Shown: positions 36,731-50,384 of the stretch, piece by piece | Position numbering within the stretch: the stretch's first letter is position 1 | Layout of the letters: each line of letters opens with the position of its first letter | Origin: Chrysomallon squamiferum | Lineage: Eukaryota > Animalia > Mollusca | Assembly (NCBI GenBank): GCA_012295275.1 | Contig: CM022668.1 | Span: forward strand, 6,882,001-6,946,000 | Direction of reading: 5' to 3' | Length of the DNA: 64,000 nucleotides | Made by a program: the position numbers and the translations under genes | The notes under the pieces: model-generated | Seen by the model: only the letters and a program-made list of their open reading frames with translations | Databases searched by the model: none | Told to the model about the DNA's origin: nothing

Positions 36731-39610
36731 ATTCTGCAAGAATATATGTTTGAACATCTGTATTATAGATTAAGCAAAGTGCAGATGCAATAAATATAAT
36801 TTGATTATAATTCCCTTTTTGTTTCTTAGTTCTGTTGGTGTGGCCCCAAACATATTCAGATTTTCTTATGCTGTGCTAGGTAAGACTTGTGTTTGACACT
36901 CCTGGTCTAGCTTAAATTCTGCAAGAACATAAGCATCAACATTAATGTCAAGCAAAAATCCACAGAGACAAGTTGAAGTAAAGTGGGATCTTCATTTTAA
37001 CTTTTTTAAAGGTTGATCATAATCTGTGTTGTCTGATATGTAATATCATCATTAGTCCTTCTGTTGATCCAGTGTCTTTGCAGGTAGTTGCTTCTTGAAA
37101 TGTGCAGACATCTTCACTATCTTCTGTTGGTGTTTTTTACAGTGCCTGTGCCTAAAGTGCTGTTTGTTATGTCTAGGGTATGTAGGAGTTTAGAGGTATA
37201 TTGGTTAAAAATTGCAGATTTAAATAGTAATTTATTGTGTTGATGATATAATATTATAATCACCCACTAGATAAATAACACATTAACAAAGAATAAAGGT
37301 AAACTAACTTATCAACACATTACTTATTGGGTATACCAATGTAAATGGGTAATTGCACAAATGAAAAGTATACTGTTATCTATGGTTTATTTGGAAACCT
37401 ATTTAAAATATGGAATGAGTCATGCAAAAATCAAGATATTTAATAAATTCTGAGTTACGTTAAATTACATTAAACATCTTAAACAAATATGTTGTTAAAT
37501 GCACCTGTACATAATGACTGCATGAAAACAAATGAGAAAAGTATCTTATCAAATCCCACTACCAAACTCGTATCACAACAAGACCAAAAACAACTAGTCT
37601 TGTGACCTCCATATAGATCAGTGGTTCTCGACCTTTTTTTTTCCAAAATAAAAACATGGCAAGTATAGACAGCATACAACTGTAGACACAGGCTAGTCAC
37701 AGACACATAGAATGACTTAAACTAAATAAAGAAAAAAACAGCTATGAACTTACTTTATTGAAGTGTTTCAAATTTCATCAGCTGGCTTCTTTAGTGAGAA
37801 ATTTATGACTGGCTTGTATTTATAATTTCCTCAATGTTCGGTTGAATATGAGACAAGTCACACCCTCATTTTTTCTTCTGTTGTGCGTAATCTCTCACAC
37901 TTCTTGTTTTTGATGTTGTTTAATGTTGAGAGGCCTAATTCACATATGTAAGAAGTTGAAAATTGTAATAAAATTGCTAAAGCTGTTTCACATAATATGG
38001 GATACTGCTCTTGAAATGAAATCCAAAATGAATCAATGGGCAGAGCCAAGTGTTTTAATTTTAACCCTCGGTCACTTGAAAGGGTGGCCAATTCTTCTTT
38101 CTGTAACTCAAGTTCAAAGTTGAAAGAATGATTTATGAAAGGATCTCTAATCCAATCATACTTTTATGTCTTTAATGACGGAAAATAATTGTTGATGCTT
38201 TCGTCCAGAGCTGTCAAATGAGTAAACACAAAACTTTTGCAACTTAGTAAGCAGGCTTCAGACTCTATAGCTTAGCTTAAATTCTGCAAGAATATTTGTT
38301 TGCACATCTATATTACAGATTAAGCATAGTGCAGATGCAATAAATATATTTTGATCATAATGCACTTTTTGTTTCTTAGTTCTGCTGGTGTGGCTGATAA
38401 AACAAATTTTCTTATGCAGCAAGACTAGGTAAGACTAGTTTGACACTCCTAGTCTAGTTTAAATTCTGCAAGAACATATGCATCAACATTAATGTCAAGC
38501 AAAAATCCACAGACAAGTTGAAGTTAATTTTAACTTTTTTAAAGGTTGGTCATAATCTGTGTTGTCTCATATGTAATATCATCATTAGTCCCTGTTGAAC
38601 CAGTGTCTTTGCAGGTAGTTGCTTCTTGAACTGTGCAGACATCTTCACTATTTTCTGTTGGTGTTTCTCACAGTGCCAGTGCCTAAAGTGCTGTTTATTA
38701 TGTCTAGGGTATGTAGGAGTTTAGAGGTACATTGATGAAAAATTGCAGATTTAAATAGTAATTTATTGTGTTGATGATATAATATTATCATCACCCACTA
38801 GATAAATAACACATTAACAAAGAGTAAAGCTAAACTTATTTATTGCACATTTATCAACACATTACTTATTGGGTATACCAATGTAAATGGATAATTGAAC
38901 AGACACATAATGTATCTATGGTTTACTTGGAAACCTATTTAAAATCTGGAATACATCATGCAGAAATCAAGATATTGATTTACCTTTAAGTAATGTTAAA
39001 TTTCATTAAACATCTTAAACAAAGTATCTTATCAAATCCTACTACCAAACTCATATCACAACAAGACCAAAGTTACAAATTCTCTCCTCTCATCTCCATG
39101 CAGATGAAAGGGAACTGTGGAATGTGCAGTTGTTAAATTGTATTAAATAAATTAAAAATTTCTTCTTTCTTCTGTCAGTCCTGTCTTCTTCTATCTTAAA
39201 CCTATTCTGTTGTTCAGCATGGAACAGCTCAATTCTCATCCTTTTCATATTTCATTTCTTCTTTGCTGATTTCCAGCTCCTCCTGTCTCATTTTTAACAC
39301 ATTTTCTTTTCATAATGACTGCATGAAAACAAGTAAGAAAAGTATCTTATCAAATCCCACTACCAAACTCATATCACAACAAGACCAAAGTTCAAAATTC
39401 TCTGTCCTGTGACTTCTGTGTAGATGAATGGGAACTTTGGATTATGCAGTTATGTTAAATTGCATTAAATATCTTAAACAAAAATGATATTCAATTATAC
39501 TTGTGCATAAGGACTGCATGAAAAAAAGTAAGAAAAGTATTTTATCAAATCCCACTACCAAACTCATATCACAACAAGACCAAAGTTCAAAATTCTCTCC
39601 TGTGATCTCC
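36731..39610. repeat. ~0.85-kb direct duplication (36731-37618 vs 38281-39120) plus extra submodule copies
   Basis: Long near-identical stretches. Submodule aagtatcttatcaaatcccactaccaaactc at about 37540, 39022, 39340 and 39535. A hAT-type TIR end gtttgacactcctg sits at 36891-36904 and in the second copy. Confidence 0.9.
37619..38230 (-). mobile_element. hAT (Charlie/Buster-like) transposon 3' fragment
   Basis: TIR CAGTGGTTCTCGACC at 37619. C-terminal dimerisation domain FWISFQEQYPILCETALAILLQFSTSYICELGLSTL..IKNKK.ERL. Confidence 0.85.
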
Positions 39611-40589
39611 ATGGTCTTATCCATTTACCATCAGAAAGTGTAATTTGGAATATTACCTATATTCTTTCTAGTAATGACTGTTTATAATGTGTCTTTTTTT
39701 TAATTTTTTTATTCAAAATTATTTCTTACAGCAGGAAGATAAAATGGTGGACTGCTATTTCATCACAGGAAAATGGCATATTTCTGCTCTGTACTTTGTA
39801 GCATATTGAGTTTGCTTCCTTATTTATGAGATTTATGTTGGTTGCTTTTCATTTTATTGTTGCAAATTAGTATAACAAAACTGTTTTATAAGTCATGAAA
39901 ACATAATAACAGAGTTGATTTGTGTCCAGTTGTTAATATTAAAATATATTAATTAAAACAAGTGTATCTTTCTCTGTCTGATTCAGTTGATTTGATTCCA
40001 GCTGTCATCCTAATATTCAGATCAAGGTGTATGTTGTGTCTTTGCAAACTCAGAAGATGTTTTTTTGCTTGAACAACCACAGTTTGATATACTTTTTTCT
40101 TGGGCTTCTGCAGGGGATTACTGACTGGATACTGTTGCATAGCAGTTTGTACGGTGCATTCCTCACACTGAACAGTCTTGCATTGGTTAGTCAAAGCTGC
40201 TGAATCTTGTGTCAGGTGATTTTTAAAGTAGTACAAGCAGCCATTCCTCAACACATTCTTCAGTGTGAAACAGAGGCTTCTGGTGCAGAAATACACCCTA
40301 GTTCCTAAAATTATTTACTTAACCATTTCTGTCTTAAATGTTTGTCATAAAAACAATGCTTCTGTAGTGTAATTATATCAGTTGTGCATCCGTTGCCTTA
40401 TTATGGGGTGGCATAGTTTCCTTTGCTGTGCTGATTGGTTGATATATATCCCAAGTACAGGATATTCCACAATAAGATGCATTTCTGTTTTGGTTATATC
40501 CTGTAAATACTGAAGTCTTAATGGCTAAAGCTGTTACCTTGATGTGTATAGAAACAATGTGATCTATTGATATTTTACCATGTTGCTTT

Positions 40590-40679
40590 TTTTATTTTGC
40601 TTTTTTTTTTATCTTTATTAATATAATCAACAGATGTACATAAAGAACTAAAAATAAAACAATATATAACAAACCAAAA

Positions 40680-40717
<38 letters not shown>

Positions 40718-42760
40718 ATCTACTCAGAAAATTCTCTTATATTAGCTGTATTTTTATAGTTAAACATTTACACATTTTTATGCCTGAGGGATATTGATTA
40801 TCTGTTGTTTACTAAAGGATATTTAAAAACAAGTACATCATATTTTAATTGTAGAAAAATATTATTCTTGATATATTTGTTAATAAAAAGCTGAAGGTTC
40901 ATTTTGAATAATGAAAATTATTTCAAAGTACTAATATATCAAAACCAAGCTCAGTCCATTTTTTTTCACATGTAGGTGATTTAACATTTTTAGAAAATAA
41001 ATTAATTTAACTGTAAATACACTTACATTTATCATTTCATTATCATGAAAGAGAAAAACATCTTTAATAAGTGTTAATCGTTTAGCATTTCTGTTAATAC
41101 ATCTTTTCCATTCATCTGGAAATGATTTCAAAATAACATTGTGAGAAATGTAAATTTGTTTTATTGGGTAATTCTGGATATTTTTCATGAATAATTTCGA
41201 CAATAGTAGAAAAATGGATAAAACTTGAAATTACTTCGTGTGGCTGTATCAACCACTCTGACTATTCCACTGTCAATAAATGAATTAAATAGTAATAATA
41301 TATTTTTGTATTTAATGAAAGGATTCTGAAAAAGTGGCTGAGACAATATTTCTTCTAAAGCAAGTGAGAAAATCTGTTCTCCATTAGAAACAGTCATTGC
41401 TCACAATGCATAATAAGGGTTTTGAAGACCTTTAACAATTTAATACGAAAAGTCATTTTCTTTACGAAACATCTTGAATATTTAGCCCATCCAACATATT
41501 ATTTCCAAAGATTGTTGATTATTTTATTAAAGATGTTTTCCCATCCTGCATAAATTTACAAAATAACTTGTGAATTTCACTTTCTACCCTTTTTGGAACA
41601 TTTATTGTGCTAATGGAAACCAAGGTTTAGACATTAATAAAGTATTCCAAAAGTATTCCATACTTCTCCTTTTCCACGCAAAATAAGTTTCCTTTGACTC
41701 CATAAATTACTTAAATTACTCATTTTATCTAATTTACTTTTCCAGTTCAATCTTTCACATAATGACTTATTTGATCCTAAATATATACTTAGAATTTAAT
41801 AGTCTTTATTTATCAATATCAGAATGTTAAAAGATAAGCTTTCTTTTATAGTCTTACCAAGACAAAGTACTTCTGATTTATCAACATTGACTTTTTCCCC
41901 AGTAGCATAACAATATATATTTATAGTATTAAAAACAGACTCAACAGTCTGATCATCACAAACTATTACAGTAGTATCATGAGCGTTCTGAAATAATAAA
42001 GAATTAAATTTATTTGTTATTCTAATTCCATTCAAAATATGTCTGTTCTTAATTAAATTATTTGAGGTTTCAGCTGCAGTAGCATAGAGCATCACTGATA
42101 TCAGACATCCTTGTCTAACACCTCTTGTAATATTTAAGAAAGGTGTTAAATGTCCATTAATGTTGACACAAAGTTTTATATCATTATAGAGTATTTTAAT
42201 CCATGTTATAAAATTATCACCAAAACTCAATTTTTTCAGAACTTTTAACATAAAACTACGTGACACACTATCAAAAGCTTTTTCTTCATCAATTTGAGCA
42301 ATTATACCCTTCATTATTATTTAATTCTTATTAAACTTTCTTTTCAGAGTGAATTTGACTCCTACATATCTTGTTCCCTTACAAAATCTTCTGTAAATCA
42401 GTGTTTGTATCTCAGTGTTCATTGCTTTCAGTTGTTTTTTTTCTATGACATTATCTTCTATGTAAGTGGGCAAGTGCAAGAAAGAAACAACAAAAGTTTT
42501 GGAATGTAAAATTCTGATCTTCATTTTTATTCCATTCAGTTGAAACGTCACAAATAGATTATATATAAATATATAAATGTATATACACACACTTTTTTCT
42601 TCGTATTTGGCCCCTTTGGCTCACATGCATTGATTATGTCTCCTAATTTATTCGAATGATAATCGATCAACTTACCTGTCGCTATCTTTTTATTGTCCCC
42701 AACATCTAGCACAACTGCATCCTTTCCTGTATTTCACTTTGTTTATTTGTTCTTTTTCAT
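40590..42760 (-). mobile_element. decayed L1/Tx1-clade LINE
   Basis: RT IDEEKAFDSVS..FGDNFITWIKILY..NG..RGVRQGCLIS..LFQNAHDTT (41796-42314). Downstream ORF2 remnants. AATAAA plus poly(A) on the minus strand at about 40620-40600. Confidence 0.85.
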
Positions 42761-43129
42761 TTTTCCCATCAAACAATAACCGGGTATTCTCCATCAGCTC
42801 ATAATTATAGATGAAAACCTAAAGAAAAAAAAACCTTACAAATACGAGATCCTAAGTAAAACTGGAAACTGGAAGCCTCTTTCCATATTGTTGATTTTTA
42901 GAATCATTTCTTCAGAACTGTCTTCTGCAAAGTAAATATTGAGATCATTCTTCCTGTATCATGATTATTTTTATCATTAATTTTTTTTAAAATTATTTTT
43001 AATATTATTATCATTATTATTATTATTAATTAATTAATTTATTTATTTATTTATTTTATTAATTTTTTTTTTTTAACCATAAAGTGTAAGTAAATTGTCT
43101 TGCCATTTTGTCTTGAGAATTGGTGTTCA

Positions 43130-43176
<47 letters not shown>

Positions 43177-44116
43177 GTATACATACGTGCATTTAAGTAC
43201 AAGATACAGAATCATGCCATTCTGTTTTCAACATGTCTCTATAAACTACACCTTAATCTGGTTGTGACAAAAACTTCTTATTACTTAGTGCAGCCTTTCA
43301 GTGATTTGTATTTCCTGTATTGGTTGCTAAGCGACAAATCTTCCTTCCTTCTGTAATAAATAATTATGTGGATCTAAAATTATAGGTGGGACACTGCATT
43401 AATTTAATGTTGTTATATTAAAAATAGTACAATTATTGCAGGTATAAATTCAGATTCATTTCTTTTTATATAGCATAAAAGAAAGAGAGAGAAGTGAAAT
43501 ATTAATAATATAAATTGAACATTTTTGTATATTGCATATGAGGCCATAGTGGCAAAATAAAGCTGTATGTTAAAAATATTACAAGTTTTAAAATACAAAT
43601 TCAGGTTCATTCCTTTTTCAAATGCTAAGCCTTCATTATCCAGTGAGTTATCACCCCTGTATCATTGATAAGCAGCAAACCTGATTCCTTTTTATTTGGC
43701 AAAGCAAGATTTTTTTTTTTGTTTTTTTGTGACAATGCACTAATAATACTGAATAATTTTAAAAAAATATATATATATATATAAAAAAAAAATAAATAAA
43801 TAAAAATGATGAAATAAACCAAGAGTGTCCTGTGTTTGGAATATACAAATAGATTAAATATATTTTTGTGTGTTAGATTTGTGTTATATATATTTTAGCT
43901 ACTGTTTTTCGTTTGTCAGTAACATCATTTTATATACAGAAATATAAACTATTCAAGAAAGTCTTACAATGGGATAAATTTGCAGCCTGATTTTTGTATT
44001 TTTATTATTATTATTTTTTTTTTAATTATTACTGTTTTAATTATTTAAATTATTATTTATTATTATTATTAATATGTTTTTAATTATTTTAATGATTATT
44101 ATTTTATTAGTATTAT

Positions 44117-44178
<62 letters not shown>

Positions 44179-44344
44179 ATATGTAGGTCTATGAATTGAT
44201 GTCCCTATATAAAATAAAATGAAACTTAATAATTTATTTCATAATTTATTATTAACAAAAATTGATCTCATACAACAAATTGTATTGTTAGAAAGAATAA
44301 GTTTTTATAAAAATTGTTGTTAGGCACTTGTTCATTTGTTTCCA

Positions 44345-44399
<55 letters not shown>

Positions 44400-45181
44400 C
44401 TTTTTTTTTAAAATTAACATACATTGTAATTTCAAAATATATGAACTTTTAATAAATTTAATATTTTAAAAATATATACATGTGTTTTTAGTAACAAATG
44501 TTTCAATTTAATTGTTATCATTTACATGAATAAAATTGAATTTTATAAACTGACTTACTTTTCAATTTTAATAAGCATATTTTTATTCAGAAGTATATAT
44601 ATATATATATATATAATGTACATATAACGATATAAAATTTATATTATTTGTAGTAGTTATTGTAGTATTTTAATACAATCTTTATTATTTATTTGCATTC
44701 ACCCTGACAAACAGACACAAAATGAAAAAGTCTGTATTTGGTCATTCACAAAACTTGGTGTGAACATTTGGTCACAAGTATCGTATTAACTTGACAAGTA
44801 CACAAACAGAGTAATCTCCCCTACTCTAATATCTAAACCGAAGTGCAAATATCTATAAATCTTTACGTATTTTTCATTAAAATACGGGAACATTCCATTA
44901 ACCTATTTCTTGATAGTATATATACTAAGTAAATAAATATAAAATGCAATACCAATAAAAATATTTTTTTCTTAAGATTCCAAAAAAAAAAAAAAAGTCT
45001 GCATGCGGTTAATTACAGAAAGTAAAAACTTAAAATGTTTTGATAATTGCTTGCCATTTTCATTTATTTACTTACTTGCTTATACCAATAAATATATACA
45101 GTAAATTCTGTATACTGAAACTACCACGGACTCAGCTTTTTAATAACGTCACATGACAGCAGTAGATTCCTGTTATTTTCT

Positions 45182-45451
45182 CACTGGTTCCCAAAACGAG
45201 GGTTGCAGGCGTGCTACTGAGGATCACGGGATGTCTAGGCAAAAACGCAAAATTATGATAATAATATTTTTACCCCTTTAAAAACTTTACTGAAATTGAC
45301 TAATATACAAATTATTTCGATAAAATTATATATCACAAATAAATGTAATACTTTTTTTTTACATCAATATGACTGGTTATTAATATTCTGCGCCGCCAAA
45401 CTAGGTCATGATGTATTTAGAGTAGCTACCACAAATGTTTGAGAATTGCTG
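45182..45451. mobile_element. hAT-type MITE (degenerate)
   Basis: Left end CACTGGTTCCCAAA, right end GTTTGAGAATTGCTG. No target-site duplication recognisable. Confidence 0.45.
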
Positions 45452-46142
45452 TTCTATGACGTTCCTATCCAGCATGACGTCACATAATTAAATGAGAACA
45501 TTAAATAATCTCTTTCTTTCTCCCTCCACCCCCAACCCCGCCTCTCTCTCTGTCTCTCCTCCTCTATCTGTCTGTCTATCTCTAACCGTCTAAAGTTTCA
45601 GTTTGAAATATTACTTTGTTTATCACCAGTTGCAGATTATTTTGGTTTTACAAATTACATTTGGCGTTTATTTCATTCACACGTTTTCAGCACTTATTTG
45701 AAGAAAAAAAGAAAGAAAAAAAAAAAAAAAAGAGCTTTCATATATTATTGCTGTTCGTTAACAACTGACACCATCAATCATAAAATAATGTGAAATAGTC
45801 TCTCTCTTCTTACTTTTTTTTGGTCAAAAACATAAAAAAAAATAAATTAAATAAATTGCTGTATGTTAAGAAAATTTACATGAAACAATTAGAAGCGTGA
45901 AATGAAAGAGTGGCAAAAAAAAAAGAAAAAGAAAAAAAGAAAAGAAAAAAGAAAAAAAACTTCCACAAAATACACCGCAGTTAAAAAAACAACAACATTC
46001 CTATAATGACAACATAAGGATGAGTTTGTTTTAAAGAATTTACGGTACTTACGTTAATTTTGCCGCATTATATAAGGACATTTTTATACGTACGCAAATT
46101 TCAATGGACTACCACCTTCCTACCTATCTATCTATCTATCTG

Positions 46143-46198
<56 letters not shown>

Positions 46199-46490
46199 AT
46201 CTTATCTTATCTTACCTGATTTTATCTGTATCTCTCTATTTATTTCTACCAATGTTTTCGAATATATTTGAAGATAAAGTTATATATAAATGAATACATT
46301 AACAGACATTCACCGGGATTTTCTTTTTGTTTTTAAATCACTATGTCAAATTTCAGGATTTTATGAACTCATCAGTTTAGTATAATAACAAATTATACCA
46401 TTTCCTTGCCATTTGTCGCGAACCTGTAATACAGCAACAACTGTAAATTAATTAATTAATAACAAAGAAACAAATAAACAAATCAACAAA

Positions 46491-46541
<51 letters not shown>

Positions 46542-46818
46542 ATGAAAAAAACCCATTAACTATATAAAACAAAACCAAAATGTATGGTACCATGCAAGCA
46601 CAACTACCTAAATTTAAGCCAGTATATATACATAAAAAAAAAAAAATTCTTCACACAAATATTTTCATTTGGAGTAAAGCCTATCAAGTTTCGCCATTCC
46701 TGTTTTCGACCAATAATCATTGTCGTTTTATCATCCATTTAGGCTAATGTAAATGCTTACAAATCCTATTTATTTTCCTTTTTTTTTTTTCTTTCGTTTC
46801 TTTAATTTTTTTTTTTTT

Positions 46819-47980
46819 TTATACTACAACAGTTTCGCCGAATTTAAGCCACAGCAGTTTTACTAGATCCAGAACCATCAGCTCGTTTACGATATACTCC
46901 AGCATCATGAGCAAAAACACGCCGTCCGTCCCCAGGTAATCAGACGTGAACTTCACTTCTGCTTGCGTCTTCTTCAGACGTCGGTCGATCATCGTCAGGT
47001 ACTTGCGGACAAACTGCAGCCGTCTGGTCGGGAAGATCAGCTTTCGTAGCCAGCTGAGATAGCTGCAGATGTTCAGCATGACCATGAGAACAATCCAGAA
47101 CCAGAGGAAGGCGAAAATCTTCTCGTTGAATAAATTAACCGACAGAACGCACTGGACAGTGAACCGCTGAATGTTCTGCATCTGCCGGATTTCGAAGTCG
47201 CACAGCGTCACTCTGGGAAATCTCGGAGATTCTCGCAGCTCGTTTTGGTATATGAGATGTTCGACGACCTCCACGCCGTAAAGGAAATACTCCATGGCCA
47301 GAAACTTGTTCAGAAGATACAGCAGGCCGACAGCGACAAAGATGTAAAACAGTTTAGTTCCCAGATACAGCCCGGTCAAGAACGTACCTGTTCGACGGCC
47401 GAGACAGAAACAGAAGAGAGAGGAGAGCTTCTCGATGCAGGAATGTATCAGTCCGTATCCAGACCTCTTTGACGTCCTCAGTGAACGATCGATGTTGTTG
47501 GCCAGGTTTTCAGTAGTGGCCCTCTCTGCGCCAATCTGTGTCTCTTCGGCTAAGTCCACGATCTTCTTCAGGTTAAATCCAGACTTCGAGTACAGGGTCG
47601 TCCAGAAGAGATTGGGCACCTTAAAACACAGCGCCAAGAAGAGAAGAATAATGGGTACCCACTGATAATATTTGACCTCGGTTTCGGTTCGGACGTCCGG
47701 GTTCCACGGCACCATGACGTCTGCCGGGATGTAGTAGGTGTCTTTTATCCAGCAAATTGCTTCCGTGTAGTTGCAGTGGCTGTCGGTAAACTCCGCCGGA
47801 CACCAGCAGTGGATCGGGTCGCCGACGTACTCGTTGATGGTGATGAGGAGGGCGAAGATGCAGAGGATGCAGACGCTCCATCGATGGTTGAGGCGATCGG
47901 TCAGGTCGTCGTCTGCTCCAGACTTCTTTGTAGCACGTGACAGCAGAAAAACATGGCTGGCGGAACTGCTTAGAACATTC
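46819..47980 (-). CDS. innexin (gap junction protein), main and last coding exon
   Basis: Frame is open from acceptor ttccttttag (47982-47981): NVLSSS..DDDLTDRLNHRWS..VGDPIHCWCP..AICW..YYQWVP..FPRVTLCDF..VQCVLSVNLFNEKIF..WFW. Paired extracellular cysteines. The start codon must lie in an upstream phase-2 exon. Confidence 0.95.
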
Positions 47981-48017
47981 CTAAAAGGAAGAAGAAAACA
48001 GTTTTTTTTTTTTAGTT

Positions 48018-48415
48018 GTTTTTTTTATCACTCTTTAATTCATACATTTTAATTAACATTTAGAAAACAGTTTTTAATCACTCTTTAATTGACACATTTT
48101 AATTAACATTTAGAAAACAGTTTTTAATCACTCTTTAATTGACACATTTTAATTAACATTTAGAAAACAGTTTTTAATCACTCTTTAATTAATACATTTT
48201 AATTAACATTTAGAAAACAGTTTTTGATCACTCTTTAATTAATACATATTAATTAACATTTAGAAAACAGTTTTTGATCACTCTTTAATTAATACATATT
48301 AATTAACATTTAGAAAACAGTTTTTATCACTCTTTAATTAACACATTTTAACTGACATTTAGAAAACAGGTGTTTTTTTTATCATTCTTCAATAAACACA
48401 TTTTAATTAACATTG
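48018..48415. repeat. 50-bp minisatellite, ~8 copies
   Basis: Unit tttttaatcactctttaattgacacattttaattaacatttagaaaacag at 48071, 48121, 48171, 48221, 48271 and 48321, with degenerate flanking copies. Confidence 0.95.
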
Positions 48416-48705
48416 TTTTAATGTGCACTTAACAAGTAATCAGCACAGCACGGTCTTTCTTACAGCAGTCGTGAAAAACTGGAAAGTGTTAGCAAGTGTT
48501 ATTAACATCGTAATACTTTTCTCAGGAAGAATAGGTTATATTCAATAAATCCTGACTGCTTCATTACCTAAAATGGTCATGACTATGAAGACGTCAGATA
48601 TGTATTGTTTTCTTTGTCAAGTCTTTTATGTATTTATGTATATAACACACACACACACACACACACACATATTTAGTTATCATGGCTATACAAAAGGTTT
48701 TTGCC

Positions 48706-48773
<68 letters not shown>

Positions 48774-49200
48774 TTCTGTCTGATTCAATTATACGTTCAG
48801 TTCACTTAAACACATTCTTTAATTTAATGCAATGTCAGTTTTTGCAGCACGCATTTTAACGCCCATGCTTTTGACAAGCCATTGACGATGAACAAAAAAT
48901 ACAGAACTTTTGTAAATAACAGTCAAGGTTGTCAATCTTTTGTCGCTAATGTTTAGAACCAGTAAAGAGGTTTCGAGCCAGTAATTTTCAACAACACTGG
49001 GAATAACGCGTTGCTCAAAAGACACTAATCACTGGTTTTTGAGTGATAAATCGTGCCGCACAGAAAAGGGACATATAAATACACAGCCTGCCCGTTTCTT
49101 TGACTGCCACTTAATGTAATTTCTAAAGTATTCATAAACACTAGTATATATACAAACTGTATATGTGCAAGTGTGGATGTAAGTATGTTTGTACCTACGT

Positions 49201-49242
<42 letters not shown>

Positions 49243-49635
49243 ATACATGTACGAGTTCATGTACTTATGTATGTATGTATATATATATATATATATATAT
49301 ATGCATCTTTGAATGTGTATAAGCGTAACTATCGGCTACGTCTAAATAATTATCATCATCTCTGTACGTAGGTACAAACACTCGTGTTTGTTTCTGTGTG
49401 TTATTCGAACAATCCGATGTTGCTCAGTGTTGCTTATTACAGCATGCATTCAATCGAGTCGGCGCAGAGAAGTAAGTCGTTACGTCTTGGGGCGCAAGAA
49501 TGTCTAAACCTCGAGTTACACGAACATCTGGCGTCACCGCTATCTGCGTGTTTTTTTTACGTCATTTTCTATCACGTGCATGGCAGTCACGTAGCTGCAT
49601 ATTTCCTGACAGCACCAGGGAAACAAGAAAGAGGA

Positions 49636-49684
<49 letters not shown>

Positions 49685-49888
49685 AGCAGAAACGTATTCA
49701 TAAAATATATTTTTTAACATAATCCATTTTGAAGATATATATAAAGGAGAAAGTTTGATGCTGTATTTAGATGAAATTTCAACAGATTAACTAAAATTAA
49801 ATAGATTTATTTATTTAATATACATGACTTGGTCTCCAGTAGTCTGTGTTTAGTATAATATAAAATATAAAATTAGTTATTATATTAA

Positions 49889-49941
<53 letters not shown>

Positions 49942-50212
49942 AATAATAATAGACACACAGAAAGACAAATAAAGATAATAACGCAGACTAGCTTGAAAGA
50001 CACATATCTTTGCAGTGTTCTTATCAATTTCTTAACAATGATATATGACATTTGTCGGGGGGGGAGTCATTGTATGGAACTGTAAATAACGGGAATATCC
50101 AGCAAAGAGGACAGATCCTGTTTACCTACACCTCTTAAATATACACAATGACCGCCAAGCTGATTTACAGTGTGGAATTTCCTTAATTTAAAAAGTTATT
50201 CTGCCATTTCGT

Positions 50213-50248
<36 letters not shown>

Positions 50249-50352
50249 CTTATCGTCTGCTCTTCACGAATCCAGTTTTCTGTCCATATTATCATTATTC
50301 TTCTGTAAGCGCCAGGTGTTAGCTTACGACAGATGTGATATCATTCATTCTT

Positions 50353-50384
<32 letters not shown>

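Noticed and set aside
47245-48052. Plus-strand ORFs over the innexin and minus ORF 47621-47881
   Set aside because: Antisense or off-frame shadows of the innexin exon.
48565-48580. ATG ACC ATT TTA G|GTAATG as innexin first exon
   Set aside because: Phase 1, whereas every available acceptor of the main exon needs phase 2.
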